DNA of 64,000 bases, from the NCBI RefSeq assembly GCF_002854065.1, contig NZ_CP024147.1; one strand, 5' to 3'. Source of the stretch: Escherichia coli (GTDB taxonomy: Bacteria; Pseudomonadota; Gammaproteobacteria; Enterobacterales; Enterobacteriaceae). Shown one piece after another: positions 35,915 to 47,397 of the stretch. Position 1 is the stretch's first letter, and every line of letters starts with the position of its first letter. A program made the position numbers and the translations under genes. The notes beneath the pieces were generated by a model that was not told where the DNA came from, searched no databases, and worked only from the letters and a program-made list of their open reading frames with translations.

Positions 35915-37338
35915 TGCGTATCGGCATGCGGTTGTTGCTGGGCTATTTTTTACTGGTGGCGGTGGCGGCCTGGTTCGTACTGGCTATTTTTGTCAAAGAA
36001 GTTAAACCGGGCGTGCGAAGAGCAACGGAGGGGACGCTGATCGACACCGCAACGTTGCTGGCGGAGCTGGCGCGTCCCGATTTGCTCTCTGGGGACCCAA
36101 CGCATGGGCAACTGGCGCAGGCGTTTAATCAGCTACAACATCGCCCGTTTCGCGCCAATATCGGTGGCATTAACAAAGTGCGCAATGAATATCATGTCTA
36201 TATGACCGATGCGCAGGGCAAAGTATTGTTCGATTCGGCAAATAAAGCCGTTGGGCAGGATTATTCGCGCTGGAATGACGTCTGGCTAACGTTGCGTGGT
36301 CAGTATGGTGCGCGCAGCACGTTGCAAAATCCTGCCGATCCCGAAAGTTCGGTGATGTATGTTGCCGCGCCGATTATGGACGGCTCGCGGCTTATTGGCG
36401 TTTTGAGTGTAGGCAAACCGAACGCGGCGATGGCTCCGGTCATTAAGCGCAGCGAGCGGCGAATTTTATGGGCCAGCGCCATTTTGCTGGGGATTGCACT
36501 GGCGATTGGCGCAGGCATGGTTTGGTGGATCAACCGCTCCATTGCCCGGCTCACTCGCTATGCCGATTCCGTCACTGACAATAAGCCCGTTCCTCTTCCT
36601 GAACTAGGCAGTAGCGAGTTGCGTAAGCTTGCGCAGGCGCTGGAAAGTATGCGCGTGAAGCTGGAAGGGAAAAACTATATTGAGCAGTATGTTTATGCGT
36701 TAACCCATGAGCTAAAAAGCCCACTGGCGGCGATTCGTGGCGCGGCGGAAATTTTACGCGAAGGTCCGCCGCCGGAAGTGGTGGCTCGTTTTACCGACAA
36801 CATTCTGACGCAAAATGCGCGTATGCAGGCATTGGTAGAAACGTTACTACGCCAGGCAAGACTGGAGAATCGTCAGGAAGTCGTTCTGACTGCTGTTGAT
36901 GTGGCGGCATTATTTCGCCGCGTCAGCGAAGCGCGCACCGTGCAGTTGGCAGAAAAAAACATCACTCTACATGTTATGCCCACTGAGGTTAATGTTGCTG
37001 CTGAACCGGCGTTACTGGAGCAGGCGCTGGGGAATTTACTGGATAACGCCATCGATTTTACCCCCGAGAGCGGTCGCATAACGCTAAGCGCCGAAGTGGA
37101 TCAGGAACACGTTGCTCTTAAGGTGCTGGATACCGGTAGTGGTATTCCTGACTACGCGCTGTCACGTATTTTTGAACGCTTTTACTCTTTGCCGCGTGCA
37201 AATGGGCAAAAAAGCAGCGGTCTGGGGTTGGCGTTTGTCAGTGAGGTCGCCCGTTTGTTTAACGGCGAAGTCACGCTGCGCAACGTGCAGGAAGGTGGCG
37301 TGCTGGCCTCGCTTCGACTTCACCGTCACTTCACATAG
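35914..37338 (+). CDS. creC: Sensor histidine kinase CreC
   Basis: 474 aa; H-box LTHELKSPLAAIRG, two TM segments. Confidence 0.93.
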   Translation: MRIGMRLLLGYFLLVAVAAWFVLAIFVKEVKPGVRRATEGTLIDTATLLAELARPDLLSGDPTHGQLAQAFNQLQHRPFRANIGGINKVRNEYHVYMTDAQGKVLFDSANKAVGQDYSRWNDVWLTLRGQYGARSTLQNPADPESSVMYVAAPIMDGSRLIGVLSVGKPNAAMAPVIKRSERRILWASAILLGIALAIGAGMVWWINRSIARLTRYADSVTDNKPVPLPELGSSELRKLAQALESMRVKLEGKNYIEQYVYALTHELKSPLAAIRGAAEILREGPPPEVVARFTDNILTQNARMQALVETLLRQARLENRQEVVLTAVDVAALFRRVSEARTVQLAEKNITLHVMPTEVNVAAEPALLEQALGNLLDNAIDFTPESGRITLSAEVDQEHVALKVLDTGSGIPDYALSRIFERFYSLPRANGQKSSGLGLAFVSEVARLFNGEVTLRNVQEGGVLASLRLHRHFT

Positions 37339-37395
37339 CTTCAAATTCTTCCCACATAGCCTTCGTATCCTGCTGCCATTGCAAAGGAGAAGACT

Positions 37396-38748
37396 ATGTT
37401 GAAATCCCCCCTGTTCTGGAAAATGACCACCCTGTTTGGTGCAGTATTGCTGTTGTTGATTCCGATAATGCTGATTCGGCAGGTGATTGTCGAACGTGCC
37501 GATTACCGTAGCGATGTGGAAGATGCGATTCGTCAAAGTACCAGCGGGCCGCAAAAACTCGTTGGGCCGCTTATCGCTATTCCTGTGACCGAGCTTTATA
37601 CGGTGCAGGAAGACGATAAAACCGTGGAGCGGAAACGAAGTTTTATCCATTTTTGGTTACCTGAGTCATTGATGGTTGATGGCAATCAGAACGTGGAAGA
37701 ACGCAAGATAGGGATTTATACCGGTCAGGTCTGGCACAGTGATTTAACGCTAAAAGCCGATTTCGATGTTTCGCGTCTTAGCGAACTCGACGCGCCAAAT
37801 ATCACCTTTGGCAAGCCATTTATTGTGATTAGCGTCGGGGATGCGCGTGGTATTGGTGTGGTGAAAGCGCCTGAAGTTAACGGAACGGCGCTGACCATTG
37901 AACCCGGCACCGGGTTAGAGCAAGGCGGGCAGGGCGTGCATATCCCTTTACCCGAAGGGGACTGGCGGAAGCAGAACCTGAAGCTGAATATGGCCCTGAA
38001 TTTAAGCGGTACCGGCGATCTTTCTGTGGTGCCTGCCGGGCGTAATAGCGAAATGACCTTAACCAGCAACTGGCCGCATCCCAGTTTTTTAGGTGATTTT
38101 CTACCAGCCAAACGGGAAGTTAGTGAGTCAGGTTTTCAGGCGCAATGGCAAAGCAGCTGGTTTGCTAATAATCTCGGTGAGCGTTTTGCTTCAGGCAATG
38201 ATACCGGCTGGGAAAACTTCCCCGCGTTTAGCGTCGCAGTGACGACGCCAGCCGATCAATACCAATTAACTGACCGGGCGACTAAGTATGCCATTCTGCT
38301 GATTGCGCTGACTTTTATGGCGTTCTTTGTTTTTGAAACGCTCACCGCGCAGCGCTTACACCCAATGCAATATTTGCTGGTGGGGCTTTCATTGGTGATG
38401 TTTTATTTGCTCTTGCTGGCGCTTTCTGAACATACCGGTTTTACCGTGGCATGGATAATCGCCAGTCTGATTGGGGCGTTAATGAACGGTATTTATTTGC
38501 AGGCGGTATTGAAAGGTTGGCGCAACAGCATGTTGTTTACCCTCGCGCTGTTGTTGCTGGATGGTGTGATGTGGGGACTGCTCAACTCTGCCGATAGCGC
38601 GCTGTTGTTGGGAACCAGTGTGCTGGTGGTGGCGCTGGCCGGCATGATGTTTGTGACCCGTAATATCGACTGGTATGCGTTTTCACTGCCGAAAATGAAA
38701 GCCAGTAAAGAAGTTACAATGGACGATGAATTACGTATCTGGAAATAA
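37396..38748 (+). CDS. creD: Inner membrane protein CreD
   Basis: 450 aa; synteny. Confidence 0.9.
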   Translation: MLKSPLFWKMTTLFGAVLLLLIPIMLIRQVIVERADYRSDVEDAIRQSTSGPQKLVGPLIAIPVTELYTVQEDDKTVERKRSFIHFWLPESLMVDGNQNVEERKIGIYTGQVWHSDLTLKADFDVSRLSELDAPNITFGKPFIVISVGDARGIGVVKAPEVNGTALTIEPGTGLEQGGQGVHIPLPEGDWRKQNLKLNMALNLSGTGDLSVVPAGRNSEMTLTSNWPHPSFLGDFLPAKREVSESGFQAQWQSSWFANNLGERFASGNDTGWENFPAFSVAVTTPADQYQLTDRATKYAILLIALTFMAFFVFETLTAQRLHPMQYLLVGLSLVMFYLLLLALSEHTGFTVAWIIASLIGALMNGIYLQAVLKGWRNSMLFTLALLLLDGVMWGLLNSADSALLLGTSVLVVALAGMMFVTRNIDWYAFSLPKMKASKEVTMDDELRIWK

Positions 38749-38763
38749 GGTTGAAAAATAAAA

Positions 38764-38790
38764 ACGGCGCTAAAAAGCGCCGTTTTTTTT
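38764..38790. terminator. Bidirectional terminator between creD and arcA
   Basis: acggcgctaaaaagcgccgt hairpin flanked by A-run and T-run. Confidence 0.75.
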
Positions 38791-38807
38791 GACGGTGGTA
38801 AAGCCGA

Positions 38808-39524
38808 TTAATCTTCCAGATCACCGCAGAAGCGATAACCTTCACCGTGAATGGTGGCGATGATTTCCGGCGTATCCGGCGTAGATTCGAAATGTTTACG
38901 AATACGGCGGATCGTCACGTCTACAGTACGGTCGTGTGGTTTCAGCTCACGGCCGGTCATTTTCTTCAGCAGTTCAGCACGGGACTGAATTTTGCCTGGG
39001 TTTTCACAGAAGTGAAGCATGGCGCGGAACTCGCTGCGCGGCAGCTTGTACTGCTCGCCATCAGGGCCGATCAACGAACGGCTGTTGATGTCCAGTTCCC
39101 AACCATTGAACTTGTAGCTTTCAACGCTACGACGTTCTTCGCTGACAGTACCCAGATTCATGGTACGGGACAGCAGGTTGCGTGCACGAATCGTCAGTTC
39201 ACGCGGGTTGAACGGTTTGGTGATGTAGTCATCTGCACCGATTTCGAGGCCGAGAATTTTATCGACTTCGTTGTCACGGCCAGTCAGGAACATCAACGCA
39301 ACATTCGCCTGCTCGCGCAGTTCACGCGCTAACAGAAGACCGTTCTTACCCGGCAGATTGATATCCATGATCACCAGGTTGATGTCATATTCAGAGAGGA
39401 TCTGATGCATTTCCGCGCCATCTGTCGCTTCGAAAACATCATAGCCTTCCGCTTCGAAAATACTTTTCAACGTGTTGCGTGTTACCAACTCGTCTTCAAC
39501 GATAAGAATGTGCGGGGTCTGCAT
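38808..39524 (-). CDS. arcA: Aerobic respiration control response regulator ArcA
   Basis: 238 aa [28 protein letters not shown]. Confidence 0.95.
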
Positions 39525-39619
39525 GTTTGCTACCTAAATTGCCAACTAAATCGAAACAGGAAGTACAAAAGTCCCTGACCTGCCTGATGCATGCTGCAAA
39601 TTAACATGATCGGCGTAAC

Positions 39620-39760
39620 ATGACTAAAGTACGTAATTGCGTTCTTGATGCACTTTCCATCAACGTCAACAACATCATTAGCTTGGTCGTGGGTACTTTC
39701 CCTCAGGACCCGACAGTGTCAAAAACGGCTGTCATCCTAACCATTTTAACAGCAACATAA
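39620..39760 (+). CDS. yjjY: Small protein YjjY
   Basis: 46 aa MTKVRNCVLDALSINVNNIISLVVGTFPQDPTVSKTAVILTILTAT. Confidence 0.6.
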   Translation: MTKVRNCVLDALSINVNNIISLVVGTFPQDPTVSKTAVILTILTAT

Positions 39761-40159
39761 CAGGCTAAGAGGGGCCGGACACCCAATAAAACTACGCTTC
39801 GTTGACATATATCAAGTTCAATTGTAGCACGTTAACAGTTTGATGAAATCATCGTATCTAAATGCTAGCTTTCGTCACATTATTTTAATAATCCAACTAG
39901 TTGCATCATACAACTAATAAACGTGGTGAATCCAATTGTCGAGATTTATTTTTTATAAAATTATCCTAAGTAAACAGAAGGATATGTAGCATTTTTTAAC
40001 AATTCAACCGTTAGTACAGTCAGGAAATAGTTTAGCCTTTTTTAAGCTAAGTAAAGGGCTTTTTCTGCGACTTACGTTAAGAATTTGTAAATTCGCACCG
40101 CGTAATAAGTTGACAGTGATCACCCTGTTCGCGGTCATTTGGTCAAGAAGAGTGGCAAT

Positions 40160-40846
40160 ATGCGTATAACGATTATTCTGGTCGCACCCGCCAGAGCAGA
40201 AAATATTGGGGCAGCGGCGCGGGCAATGAAAACGATGGGGTTTAGCGAACTGCGGATTGTCGATAGTCAGGCACATCTGGAGCCAGCCACCCGCTGGGTC
40301 GCACATGGATCTGGTGATATTATTGATAATATTAAAGTTTTCCCGACGCTGGCTGAATCGTTACACGATGTCGATTTCACTGTCGCCACCACTGCGCGCA
40401 GTCGGGCGAAATATCATTACTACGCTACGCCAGTTGAACTGGTGCCGCTGTTAGAGGAAAAATCTTCATGGATGAGCCATGCCGCGCTGGTGTTTGGTCG
40501 CGAAGATTCCGGGTTGACTAACGAAGAGTTAGCGTTGGCTGACGTTCTTACTGGTGTGCCGATGGTGGCGGATTATCCTTCGCTCAATCTGGGGCAGGCG
40601 GTGATGGTCTATTGCTATCAATTAGCAACATTAATACAACAACCGACGAAAAGTGACACAACGGCAGACCAACATCAACTGCAAGCTTTACGCGAACGAG
40701 CCATGGCATTGCTGACGACTCTGGCAGTGGCAGATGACATAAAACTGGTCGACTGGTTACAACAACGCCTGGGGCTTTTAGAGCAACGAGACACGGCAAT
40801 GTTGCACCGTTTGCTGCATGATATTGAAAAAAATATCACCAAATAA
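40160..40846 (+). CDS. lasT: SpoU/TrmH-family RNA methyltransferase LasT (YjtD)
   Basis: 228 aa from MRITIILVAPARAENIGAAARAMKTMGF. Confidence 0.85.
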   Translation: MRITIILVAPARAENIGAAARAMKTMGFSELRIVDSQAHLEPATRWVAHGSGDIIDNIKVFPTLAESLHDVDFTVATTARSRAKYHYYATPVELVPLLEEKSSWMSHAALVFGREDSGLTNEELALADVLTGVPMVADYPSLNLGQAVMVYCYQLATLIQQPTKSDTTADQHQLQALRERAMALLTTLAVADDIKLVDWLQQRLGLLEQRDTAMLHRLLHDIEKNITK

Positions 40847-41056
40847 AAAACGCCTTAGTAAGTATTTTTCAGCTTTTCATTCTGACTGCAACGGGCAATA
40901 TGTCTCTGTGTGGATTAAAAAAAGAGTGTCTGATAGCAGCTTCTGAACTGGTTACCTGCCGTGAGTAAATTAAAATTTTATTGACTTAGGTCACTAAATA
41001 CTTTAACCAATATAGGCATAGCGCACAGACAGATAAAAATTACAGAGTACACAACA

Positions 41057-41125
<69 letters not shown>

Positions 41126-41147
41126 CGCGTACAGGAAACACAGAAAA

Positions 41148-41180
41148 AAGCCCGCACCTGACAGTGCGGGCTTTTTTTTC
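41148..41180 (+). terminator. thr attenuator (intrinsic terminator)
   Basis: aagcccgcacctgacagtgcgggctt hairpin followed by a T-run. Confidence 0.9.
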
Positions 41181-41205
41181 GACCAAAGGTAACGAGGTAA
41201 CAACC

Positions 41206-43668
41206 ATGCGAGTGTTGAAGTTCGGCGGTACATCAGTGGCAAATGCAGAACGTTTTCTGCGGGTTGCCGATATTCTGGAAAGCAATGCCAGGCAGGGGCA
41301 GGTGGCCACCGTCCTCTCTGCCCCCGCCAAAATAACCAACCACCTGGTGGCGATGATTGAAAAAACCATTAGCGGCCAGGATGCTTTACCCAATATCAGC
41401 GATGCCGAACGTATTTTTGCCGAACTTCTGACGGGACTCGCCGCCGCCCAGCCGGGATTCCCGCTGGCGCAATTGAAAACTTTCGTCGACCAGGAATTTG
41501 CCCAAATAAAACATGTCCTGCATGGCATTAGTTTGTTAGGGCAGTGCCCGGATAGCATTAACGCTGCGCTGATTTGCCGTGGTGAGAAAATGTCAATCGC
41601 CATTATGGCCGGCGTGTTAGAAGCGCGTGGTCACAACGTTACCGTTATCGATCCGGTCGAAAAACTACTGGCAGTGGGGCATTACCTCGAATCTACCGTC
41701 GATATTGCTGAGTCCACCCGCCGTATTGCGGCAAGTCGTATTCCGGCTGATCACATGGTGCTGATGGCAGGTTTCACCGCCGGTAATGAAAAAGGCGAAC
41801 TGGTGGTACTTGGACGCAACGGTTCCGACTACTCCGCGGCGGTGCTGGCTGCCTGTTTACGCGCCGATTGTTGCGAGATTTGGACGGACGTTGACGGGGT
41901 ATATACCTGCGACCCGCGTCAGGTGCCCGATGCGAGGTTGTTGAAATCGATGTCCTACCAGGAAGCGATGGAGCTTTCCTACTTCGGCGCTAAAGTTCTT
42001 CACCCCCGCACCATTACTCCCATCGCCCAGTTCCAGATCCCTTGCCTGATTAAAAATACCGGAAATCCTCAAGCACCAGGTACGCTCATTGGTGCCAGCC
42101 GTGATGAAGACGAATTACCGGTCAAGGGCATTTCCAATCTGAATAACATGGCAATGTTCAGCGTTTCCGGCCCGGGGATGAAAGGAATGGTCGGCATGGC
42201 GGCGCGCGTCTTTGCTGCAATGTCACGCGCCCGTATTTCCGTGGTGCTGATTACGCAATCATCTTCCGAATACAGTATCAGTTTCTGCGTTCCGCAAAGC
42301 GACTGTGTGCGAGCTGAACGGGCAATGCAGGAAGAGTTCTACCTGGAACTGAAAGAAGGCTTACTGGAGCCGCTGGCGGTGACGGAACGGCTGGCCATTA
42401 TCTCGGTGGTAGGTGATGGTATGCGTACCTTGCGTGGGATCTCGGCGAAATTCTTTGCCGCGCTGGCCCGCGCCAATATCAACATTGTCGCCATTGCTCA
42501 GGGATCTTCTGAACGCTCAATCTCTGTCGTGGTAAATAACGATGATGCGACCACTGGCGTGCGCGTTACTCATCAGATGCTGTTCAATACCGATCAGGTT
42601 ATCGAAGTGTTTGTGATTGGCGTCGGTGGCGTTGGCGGTGCGCTGCTGGAGCAACTGAAGCGTCAGCAAAGCTGGTTGAAGAATAAACATATCGACTTAC
42701 GTGTCTGCGGTGTTGCTAACTCGAAGGCTCTGCACACCAATGTGCATGGCCTAAATCTGGAAAACTGGCAGGAAGAACTGGCGCAAGCCAAAGAGCCGTT
42801 TAATATCGGGCGCTTAATTCGCCTCGTGAAAGAATATCATCTGCTGAACCCGGTCATTGTTGACTGCACCTCCAGCCAGGCAGTGGCGGATCAATATGCC
42901 GACTTCCTGCGCGAAGGTTTCCACGTTGTCACGCCGAACAAAAAGGCCAACACCTCGTCGATGGATTACTACCATCAGTTGCGTTATGCGGCGGAAAAAT
43001 CGCGGCGTAAATTCCTCTATGACACCAACGTTGGGGCTGGATTACCGGTTATTGAGAACCTGCAAAATCTGCTCAATGCTGGTGATGAATTGATGAAGTT
43101 CTCCGGCATTCTTTCAGGTTCGCTTTCTTATATCTTCGGCAAGTTAGACGAAGGCATGAGTTTCTCCGAGGCGACTACTCTGGCGCGGGAAATGGGTTAT
43201 ACCGAACCGGATCCGCGAGATGATCTTTCTGGTATGGATGTAGCGCGTAAACTATTAATTCTCGCTCGTGAAACGGGACGTGAACTGGAGCTGGCGGATA
43301 TTGAAATTGAACCTGTGCTGCCCGCAGAGTTTAACGCCGAGGGTGATGTTGCCGCTTTTATGGCGAATCTGTCACAGCTCGACGATCTCTTTGCCGCGCG
43401 CGTGGCGAAGGCCCGTGATGAAGGAAAAGTTTTGCGCTATGTTGGCAATATTGATGAAGATGGTGTCTGCCGCGTGAAGATTGCCGAAGTGGATGGTAAT
43501 GATCCGCTGTTCAAAGTGAAAAATGGCGAAAACGCCCTGGCCTTTTATAGCCACTATTATCAGCCGCTGCCGTTGGTGCTGCGCGGATATGGTGCGGGCA
43601 ATGACGTTACAGCTGCCGGTGTCTTTGCCGATCTGCTACGTACCCTCTCATGGAAGTTAGGAGTCTGA
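41206..43668 (+). CDS. thrA: Bifunctional aspartokinase I / homoserine dehydrogenase I
   Basis: 820 aa [25 protein letters not shown]. Confidence 0.97.
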   Translation: MRVLKFGGTSVANAERFLRVADILESNARQGQVATVLSAPAKITNHLVAMIEKTISGQDALPNISDAERIFAELLTGLAAAQPGFPLAQLKTFVDQEFAQIKHVLHGISLLGQCPDSINAALICRGEKMSIAIMAGVLEARGHNVTVIDPVEKLLAVGHYLESTVDIAESTRRIAASRIPADHMVLMAGFTAGNEKGELVVLGRNGSDYSAAVLAACLRADCCEIWTDVDGVYTCDPRQVPDARLLKSMSYQEAMELSYFGAKVLHPRTITPIAQFQIPCLIKNTGNPQAPGTLIGASRDEDELPVKGISNLNNMAMFSVSGPGMKGMVGMAARVFAAMSRARISVVLITQSSSEYSISFCVPQSDCVRAERAMQEEFYLELKEGLLEPLAVTERLAIISVVGDGMRTLRGISAKFFAALARANINIVAIAQGSSERSISVVVNNDDATTGVRVTHQMLFNTDQVIEVFVIGVGGVGGALLEQLKRQQSWLKNKHIDLRVCGVANSKALHTNVHGLNLENWQEELAQAKEPFNIGRLIRLVKEYHLLNPVIVDCTSSQAVADQYADFLREGFHVVTPNKKANTSSMDYYHQLRYAAEKSRRKFLYDTNVGAGLPVIENLQNLLNAGDELMKFSGILSGSLSYIFGKLDEGMSFSEATTLAREMGYTEPDPRDDLSGMDVARKLLILARETGRELELADIEIEPVLPAEFNAEGDVAAFMANLSQLDDLFAARVAKARDEGKVLRYVGNIDEDGVCRVKIAEVDGNDPLFKVKNGENALAFYSHYYQPLPLVLRGYGAGNDVTAAGVFADLLRTLSWKLGV

Positions 43669-43669
43669 C

Positions 43670-44602
43670 ATGGTTAAAGTTTATGCCCCGGCTTCCAGTG
43701 CCAATATGAGCGTCGGGTTTGATGTGCTCGGGGCGGCGGTGACACCCGTTGATGGTGCATTGCTCGGAGATGTAGTAACGGTTGAGGCGGCAGAGACATT
43801 CAGTCTCAACAACCTCGGACGCTTTGCCGATAAGCTGCCGTCAGAACCACGGGAAAATATCGTTTATCAGTGCTGGGAGCGTTTTTGCCAGGAGCTGGAC
43901 AAGCAAATTCCAGTGGCGATGACTCTGGAAAAGAATATGCCGATCGGTTCGGGCTTAGGCTCCAGCGCCTGTTCGGTGGTCGCGGCGCTGATGGCGATGA
44001 ATGAACACTGCGGCAAGCCGCTTAATGACACCCGTTTGCTGGCTTTGATGGGCGAGCTGGAAGGGCGTATCTCCGGCAGCATTCATTACGACAACGTGGC
44101 ACCGTGTTTTCTTGGTGGTATGCAGTTGATGATCGAAGAAAACGACATCATCAGCCAGCAAGTGCCAGGGTTTGATGAGTGGCTGTGGGTGCTGGCGTAT
44201 CCGGGGATTAAAGTCTCGACGGCAGAAGCCCGGGCTATTTTACCGGCGCAGTATCGCCGCCAGGATTGCATTGCGCACGGGCGACATCTGGCAGGCTTCA
44301 TTCACGCCTGCTATTCCCGTCAGCCTGAGCTTGCCGCGAAGCTGATGAAAGATGTTATCGCAGAACCCTACCGTGAACGGTTACTGCCTGGCTTCCGGCA
44401 GGCGCGGCAGGCGGTCGCGGAAATCGGCGCGGTAGCGAGCGGTATCTCCGGCTCCGGCCCGACCTTGTTCGCTCTGTGTGACAAGCCGGATACCGCCCAG
44501 CGCGTTGCCGACTGGTTGGGTAAGAACTACCTGCAAAATCAGGAAGGTTTTGTTCATATTTGCCGGCTGGATACGGCGGGCGCACGAGTACTGGAAAACT
44601 AA
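43670..44602 (+). CDS. thrB: Homoserine kinase
   Basis: 310 aa [24 protein letters not shown]. Confidence 0.97.
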   Translation: MVKVYAPASSANMSVGFDVLGAAVTPVDGALLGDVVTVEAAETFSLNNLGRFADKLPSEPRENIVYQCWERFCQELDKQIPVAMTLEKNMPIGSGLGSSACSVVAALMAMNEHCGKPLNDTRLLALMGELEGRISGSIHYDNVAPCFLGGMQLMIEENDIISQQVPGFDEWLWVLAYPGIKVSTAEARAILPAQYRRQDCIAHGRHLAGFIHACYSRQPELAAKLMKDVIAEPYRERLLPGFRQARQAVAEIGAVASGISGSGPTLFALCDKPDTAQRVADWLGKNYLQNQEGFVHICRLDTAGARVLEN

Positions 44603-45889
44603 ATGAAACTCTACAATCTTAAAGATCACAATGAGCAGGTCAGCTTTGCGCAAGCCGTAACCCAGGGGTTGGGCAAAAATCAGGGGCTGTTTTTTCCGCA
44701 CGACCTGCCGGAATTCAGCCTGACTGAAATTGATGAGATGCTGAAGCTGGATTTTGTCACCCGCAGTGCGAAGATCCTCTCGGCGTTTATTGGTGATGAA
44801 ATCCCGCAGGAAATCCTGGAAGAGCGCGTGCGCGCGGCGTTTGCCTTCCCGGCTCCGGTCGCCAATGTTGAAAGCGATGTCGGTTGTCTGGAATTGTTCC
44901 ACGGGCCAACGCTGGCATTTAAAGATTTCGGCGGTCGCTTTATGGCACAAATGCTGACCCATATTGCGGGCGATAAGCCAGTGACCATTCTGACCGCGAC
45001 CTCCGGTGATACCGGAGCGGCAGTGGCTCATGCTTTCTACGGTTTACCGAATGTGAAAGTGGTTATCCTCTATCCACGAGGCAAAATCAGTCCACTGCAA
45101 GAAAAACTGTTCTGTACATTGGGCGGCAATATCGAAACTGTTGCCATCGACGGCGATTTCGATGCCTGTCAGGCGCTGGTGAAGCAGGCGTTTGATGATG
45201 AAGAGCTGAAAGTGGCGCTGGGGTTAAACTCAGCTAACTCGATTAACATCAGCCGGTTGCTGGCGCAGATTTGCTACTACTTTGAAGCAGTTGCGCAGCT
45301 GCCGCAGGAAGCGCGCAACCAGCTGGTTGTCTCGGTGCCAAGCGGAAACTTCGGCGATTTGACGGCGGGTCTGCTGGCGAAGTCACTCGGTCTGCCGGTG
45401 AAACGTTTTATTGCTGCGACCAACGTGAACGATACCGTGCCACGTTTCCTGCACGACGGTCAGTGGTCACCCAAAGCGACTCAGGCGACGTTATCCAACG
45501 CGATGGACGTGAGTCAGCCGAACAACTGGCCGCGTGTGGAAGAGTTGTTCCGCCGCAAAATCTGGCAACTGAAAGAGCTGGGTTATGCAGCCGTGGATGA
45601 TGAAACCACGCAACAGACAATGCGTGAGTTAAAAGAACTGGGCTACACTTCGGAGCCGCACGCTGCCGTAGCGTATCGTGCGCTGCGTGACCAGTTGAAT
45701 CCAGGCGAATATGGCTTGTTCCTCGGCACCGCGCATCCGGCGAAATTTAAAGAGAGCGTGGAAGCGATTCTCGGTGAAACGTTGGATCTGCCAAAAGAGC
45801 TGGCAGAACGTGCCGATTTACCCTTGCTTTCGCATAATCTGCCCGCCGATTTTGCTGCGTTGCGTAAATTGATGATGAATCATCAGTAA
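44603..45889 (+). CDS. thrC: Threonine synthase
   Basis: 428 aa MKLYNLKDHNEQVSFAQAVTQGLGKNQGLFFP. Confidence 0.97.
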   Translation: MKLYNLKDHNEQVSFAQAVTQGLGKNQGLFFPHDLPEFSLTEIDEMLKLDFVTRSAKILSAFIGDEIPQEILEERVRAAFAFPAPVANVESDVGCLELFHGPTLAFKDFGGRFMAQMLTHIAGDKPVTILTATSGDTGAAVAHAFYGLPNVKVVILYPRGKISPLQEKLFCTLGGNIETVAIDGDFDACQALVKQAFDDEELKVALGLNSANSINISRLLAQICYYFEAVAQLPQEARNQLVVSVPSGNFGDLTAGLLAKSLGLPVKRFIAATNVNDTVPRFLHDGQWSPKATQATLSNAMDVSQPNNWPRVEELFRRKIWQLKELGYAAVDDETTQQTMRELKELGYTSEPHAAVAYRALRDQLNPGEYGLFLGTAHPAKFKESVEAILGETLDLPKELAERADLPLLSHNLPADFAALRKLMMNHQ

Positions 45890-45910
45890 CAGCTATTCAT
45901 TATCTCAATC

Positions 45911-45946
45911 AGGCCGGGTTTGCTTTTATGCAGCCCGGCTTTTTTG
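45911..45946 (+). terminator. thr operon terminator
   Basis: aggccgggtttgcttttatgcagcccggct hairpin followed by TTTTTT. Confidence 0.8.
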
Positions 45947-46102
45947 TGAAGAAAATATGGAGAGAAACGACAGGGAAAAAGGAGGAATTCTCAATAAATG
46001 CGGTAACTTAGAGATTAGGATTGCGGAGAATAACAACCGCCGTTCTCATCGCGTAATCTCCGGATATCGACCCATAACGGGCAATGATAAAAGGAGTAAC
46101 CT

Positions 46103-46399
46103 GTGAAAAAGATGCAATCTATCGTACTCGCACTTTCCCTGGTTCTGGTCGCTCCCATGGCAACGCAGGCTGCGGAAATTACGTTAGTCCCGTCAGTAAA
46201 ATTACAGATAGGCGATCGTGATAATCGTGGCTATTACTGGGATGGCGGTCATTGGCGCGACCACGGCTGGTGGAAACAACATTATGAATGGCGAGGCAAT
46301 CGCTGGCACCCACACGGACCGCCGCCACCGCCGCGTCACCATAAGAAAGCTCATCATGATCATCACGGCGGTTATGGTCCAGGCAAACATCACCGCTAA
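46103..46399 (+). CDS. yaaX: Secreted His/Pro/Trp-rich small protein YaaX (DUF2502)
   Basis: 98 aa with signal peptide; [15 protein letters not shown] tail. Confidence 0.85.
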   Translation: MKKMQSIVLALSLVLVAPMATQAAEITLVPSVKLQIGDRDNRGYYWDGGHWRDHGWWKQHYEWRGNRWHPHGPPPPPRHHKKAHHDHHGGYGPGKHHR

Positions 46400-46407
46400 A
46401 TGACAAA

Positions 46408-46540
46408 TGCCGGGTAACAATCCGGCATTCAGCGCCTGATGCGACGCTGGCGCGTCTTATCAGGCCTACGTGAATTCTGCAATATATTGAATCTGCATGC
46501 TTTTGTAGGCCGGATAAGGCGTTCACGCCGCATCCGGCAT
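46408..46540. repeat. REP elements between yaaX and yaaA
   Basis: gccggcattcagcgcctgatgcgacgctggcgcgtcttatcaggcctac ... gccggataaggcgttcacgccgcatccggc. Confidence 0.8.
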
Positions 46541-46551
46541 TGACTACAAAC

Positions 46552-47328
46552 TTAACGCTGCTCGTAGCGTTTAAACACCAGTTCGCCATTGCTGGAGGAA
46601 GCTTCATCAAAGAAGTAACCTTCGCTATTAAAACCAGTCAGTTGCTCTGGTTTGGTCAGCCGATTTTCAATAATGAAACGACTCATCAGACCGCGTGCTT
46701 TCTTAGCGTAGAAGCTGATTATCTTAAATTTGCCGTTCTTCTCATCGAGGAACACCGGCTTGATAATCTCGGCATTCAATTTCTTCGGCTTCACCGATTT
46801 AAAATACTCATCTGACGCCAGATTAATCACCACATTATCGCCTTGTGCTGCGAGCGCCTCGTTCAGCTTGTTGGTGATGATATCTCCCCAGAATTGATAC
46901 AGATCTTTCCCTCGGGCATTCTCAAGACGGATCCCCATTTCCAGACGATAAGGCTGCATTAAATCGAGCGGGCGGAGTACGCCATACAAGCCGGAAAGCA
47001 TTCGCAAATGCTGTTGGGCAAAATCGAAATCGTCTTCGCTGAAGGTTTCGGCCTGCAAGCCGGTGTAGACATCACCTTTAAACGCCAGAATCGCCTGGCG
47101 GGCATTCTCCGGCGTGAAATCTGGCTGCCAGTCATGAAAGCGAGCGGCGTTGATACCTGCCAGTTTGTCGCTGATACGCATCAGCGTGCTAATCTGCGGA
47201 GGCGTCAGTTTCCGCGCTTCATGGATCAACTGCTGGGAATTGTCTAACAGCTCCGGCAGCGTATATCGCGTGGTGGTCAACGGGCTTTGGTAATCAAGCG
47301 TTTTCGCAGGTGAAATAAGAATCAGCAT
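46552..47328 (-). CDS. yaaA: Peroxide stress resistance protein YaaA (DUF328)
   Basis: 258 aa [17 protein letters not shown]. Confidence 0.93.
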   Translation of the reverse strand: MLILISPAKTLDYQSPLTTTRYTLPELLDNSQQLIHEARKLTPPQISTLMRISDKLAGINAARFHDWQPDFTPENARQAILAFKGDVYTGLQAETFSEDDFDFAQQHLRMLSGLYGVLRPLDLMQPYRLEMGIRLENARGKDLYQFWGDIITNKLNEALAAQGDNVVINLASDEYFKSVKPKKLNAEIIKPVFLDEKNGKFKIISFYAKKARGLMSRFIIENRLTKPEQLTGFNSEGYFFDEASSSNGELVFKRYEQR

Positions 47329-47397
47329 ATCCAGTCCTTGCAGGAAATTTATGCCGACTTTAGCAAAAAAAGAGAATGAGTTGATCGATAGTTGTGA

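Noticed and set aside
46179-46610. Minus-strand 143-aa ORF overlapping yaaX and the REP element
   Set aside because: Antisense to yaaX and extends through REP sequence; no independent support.
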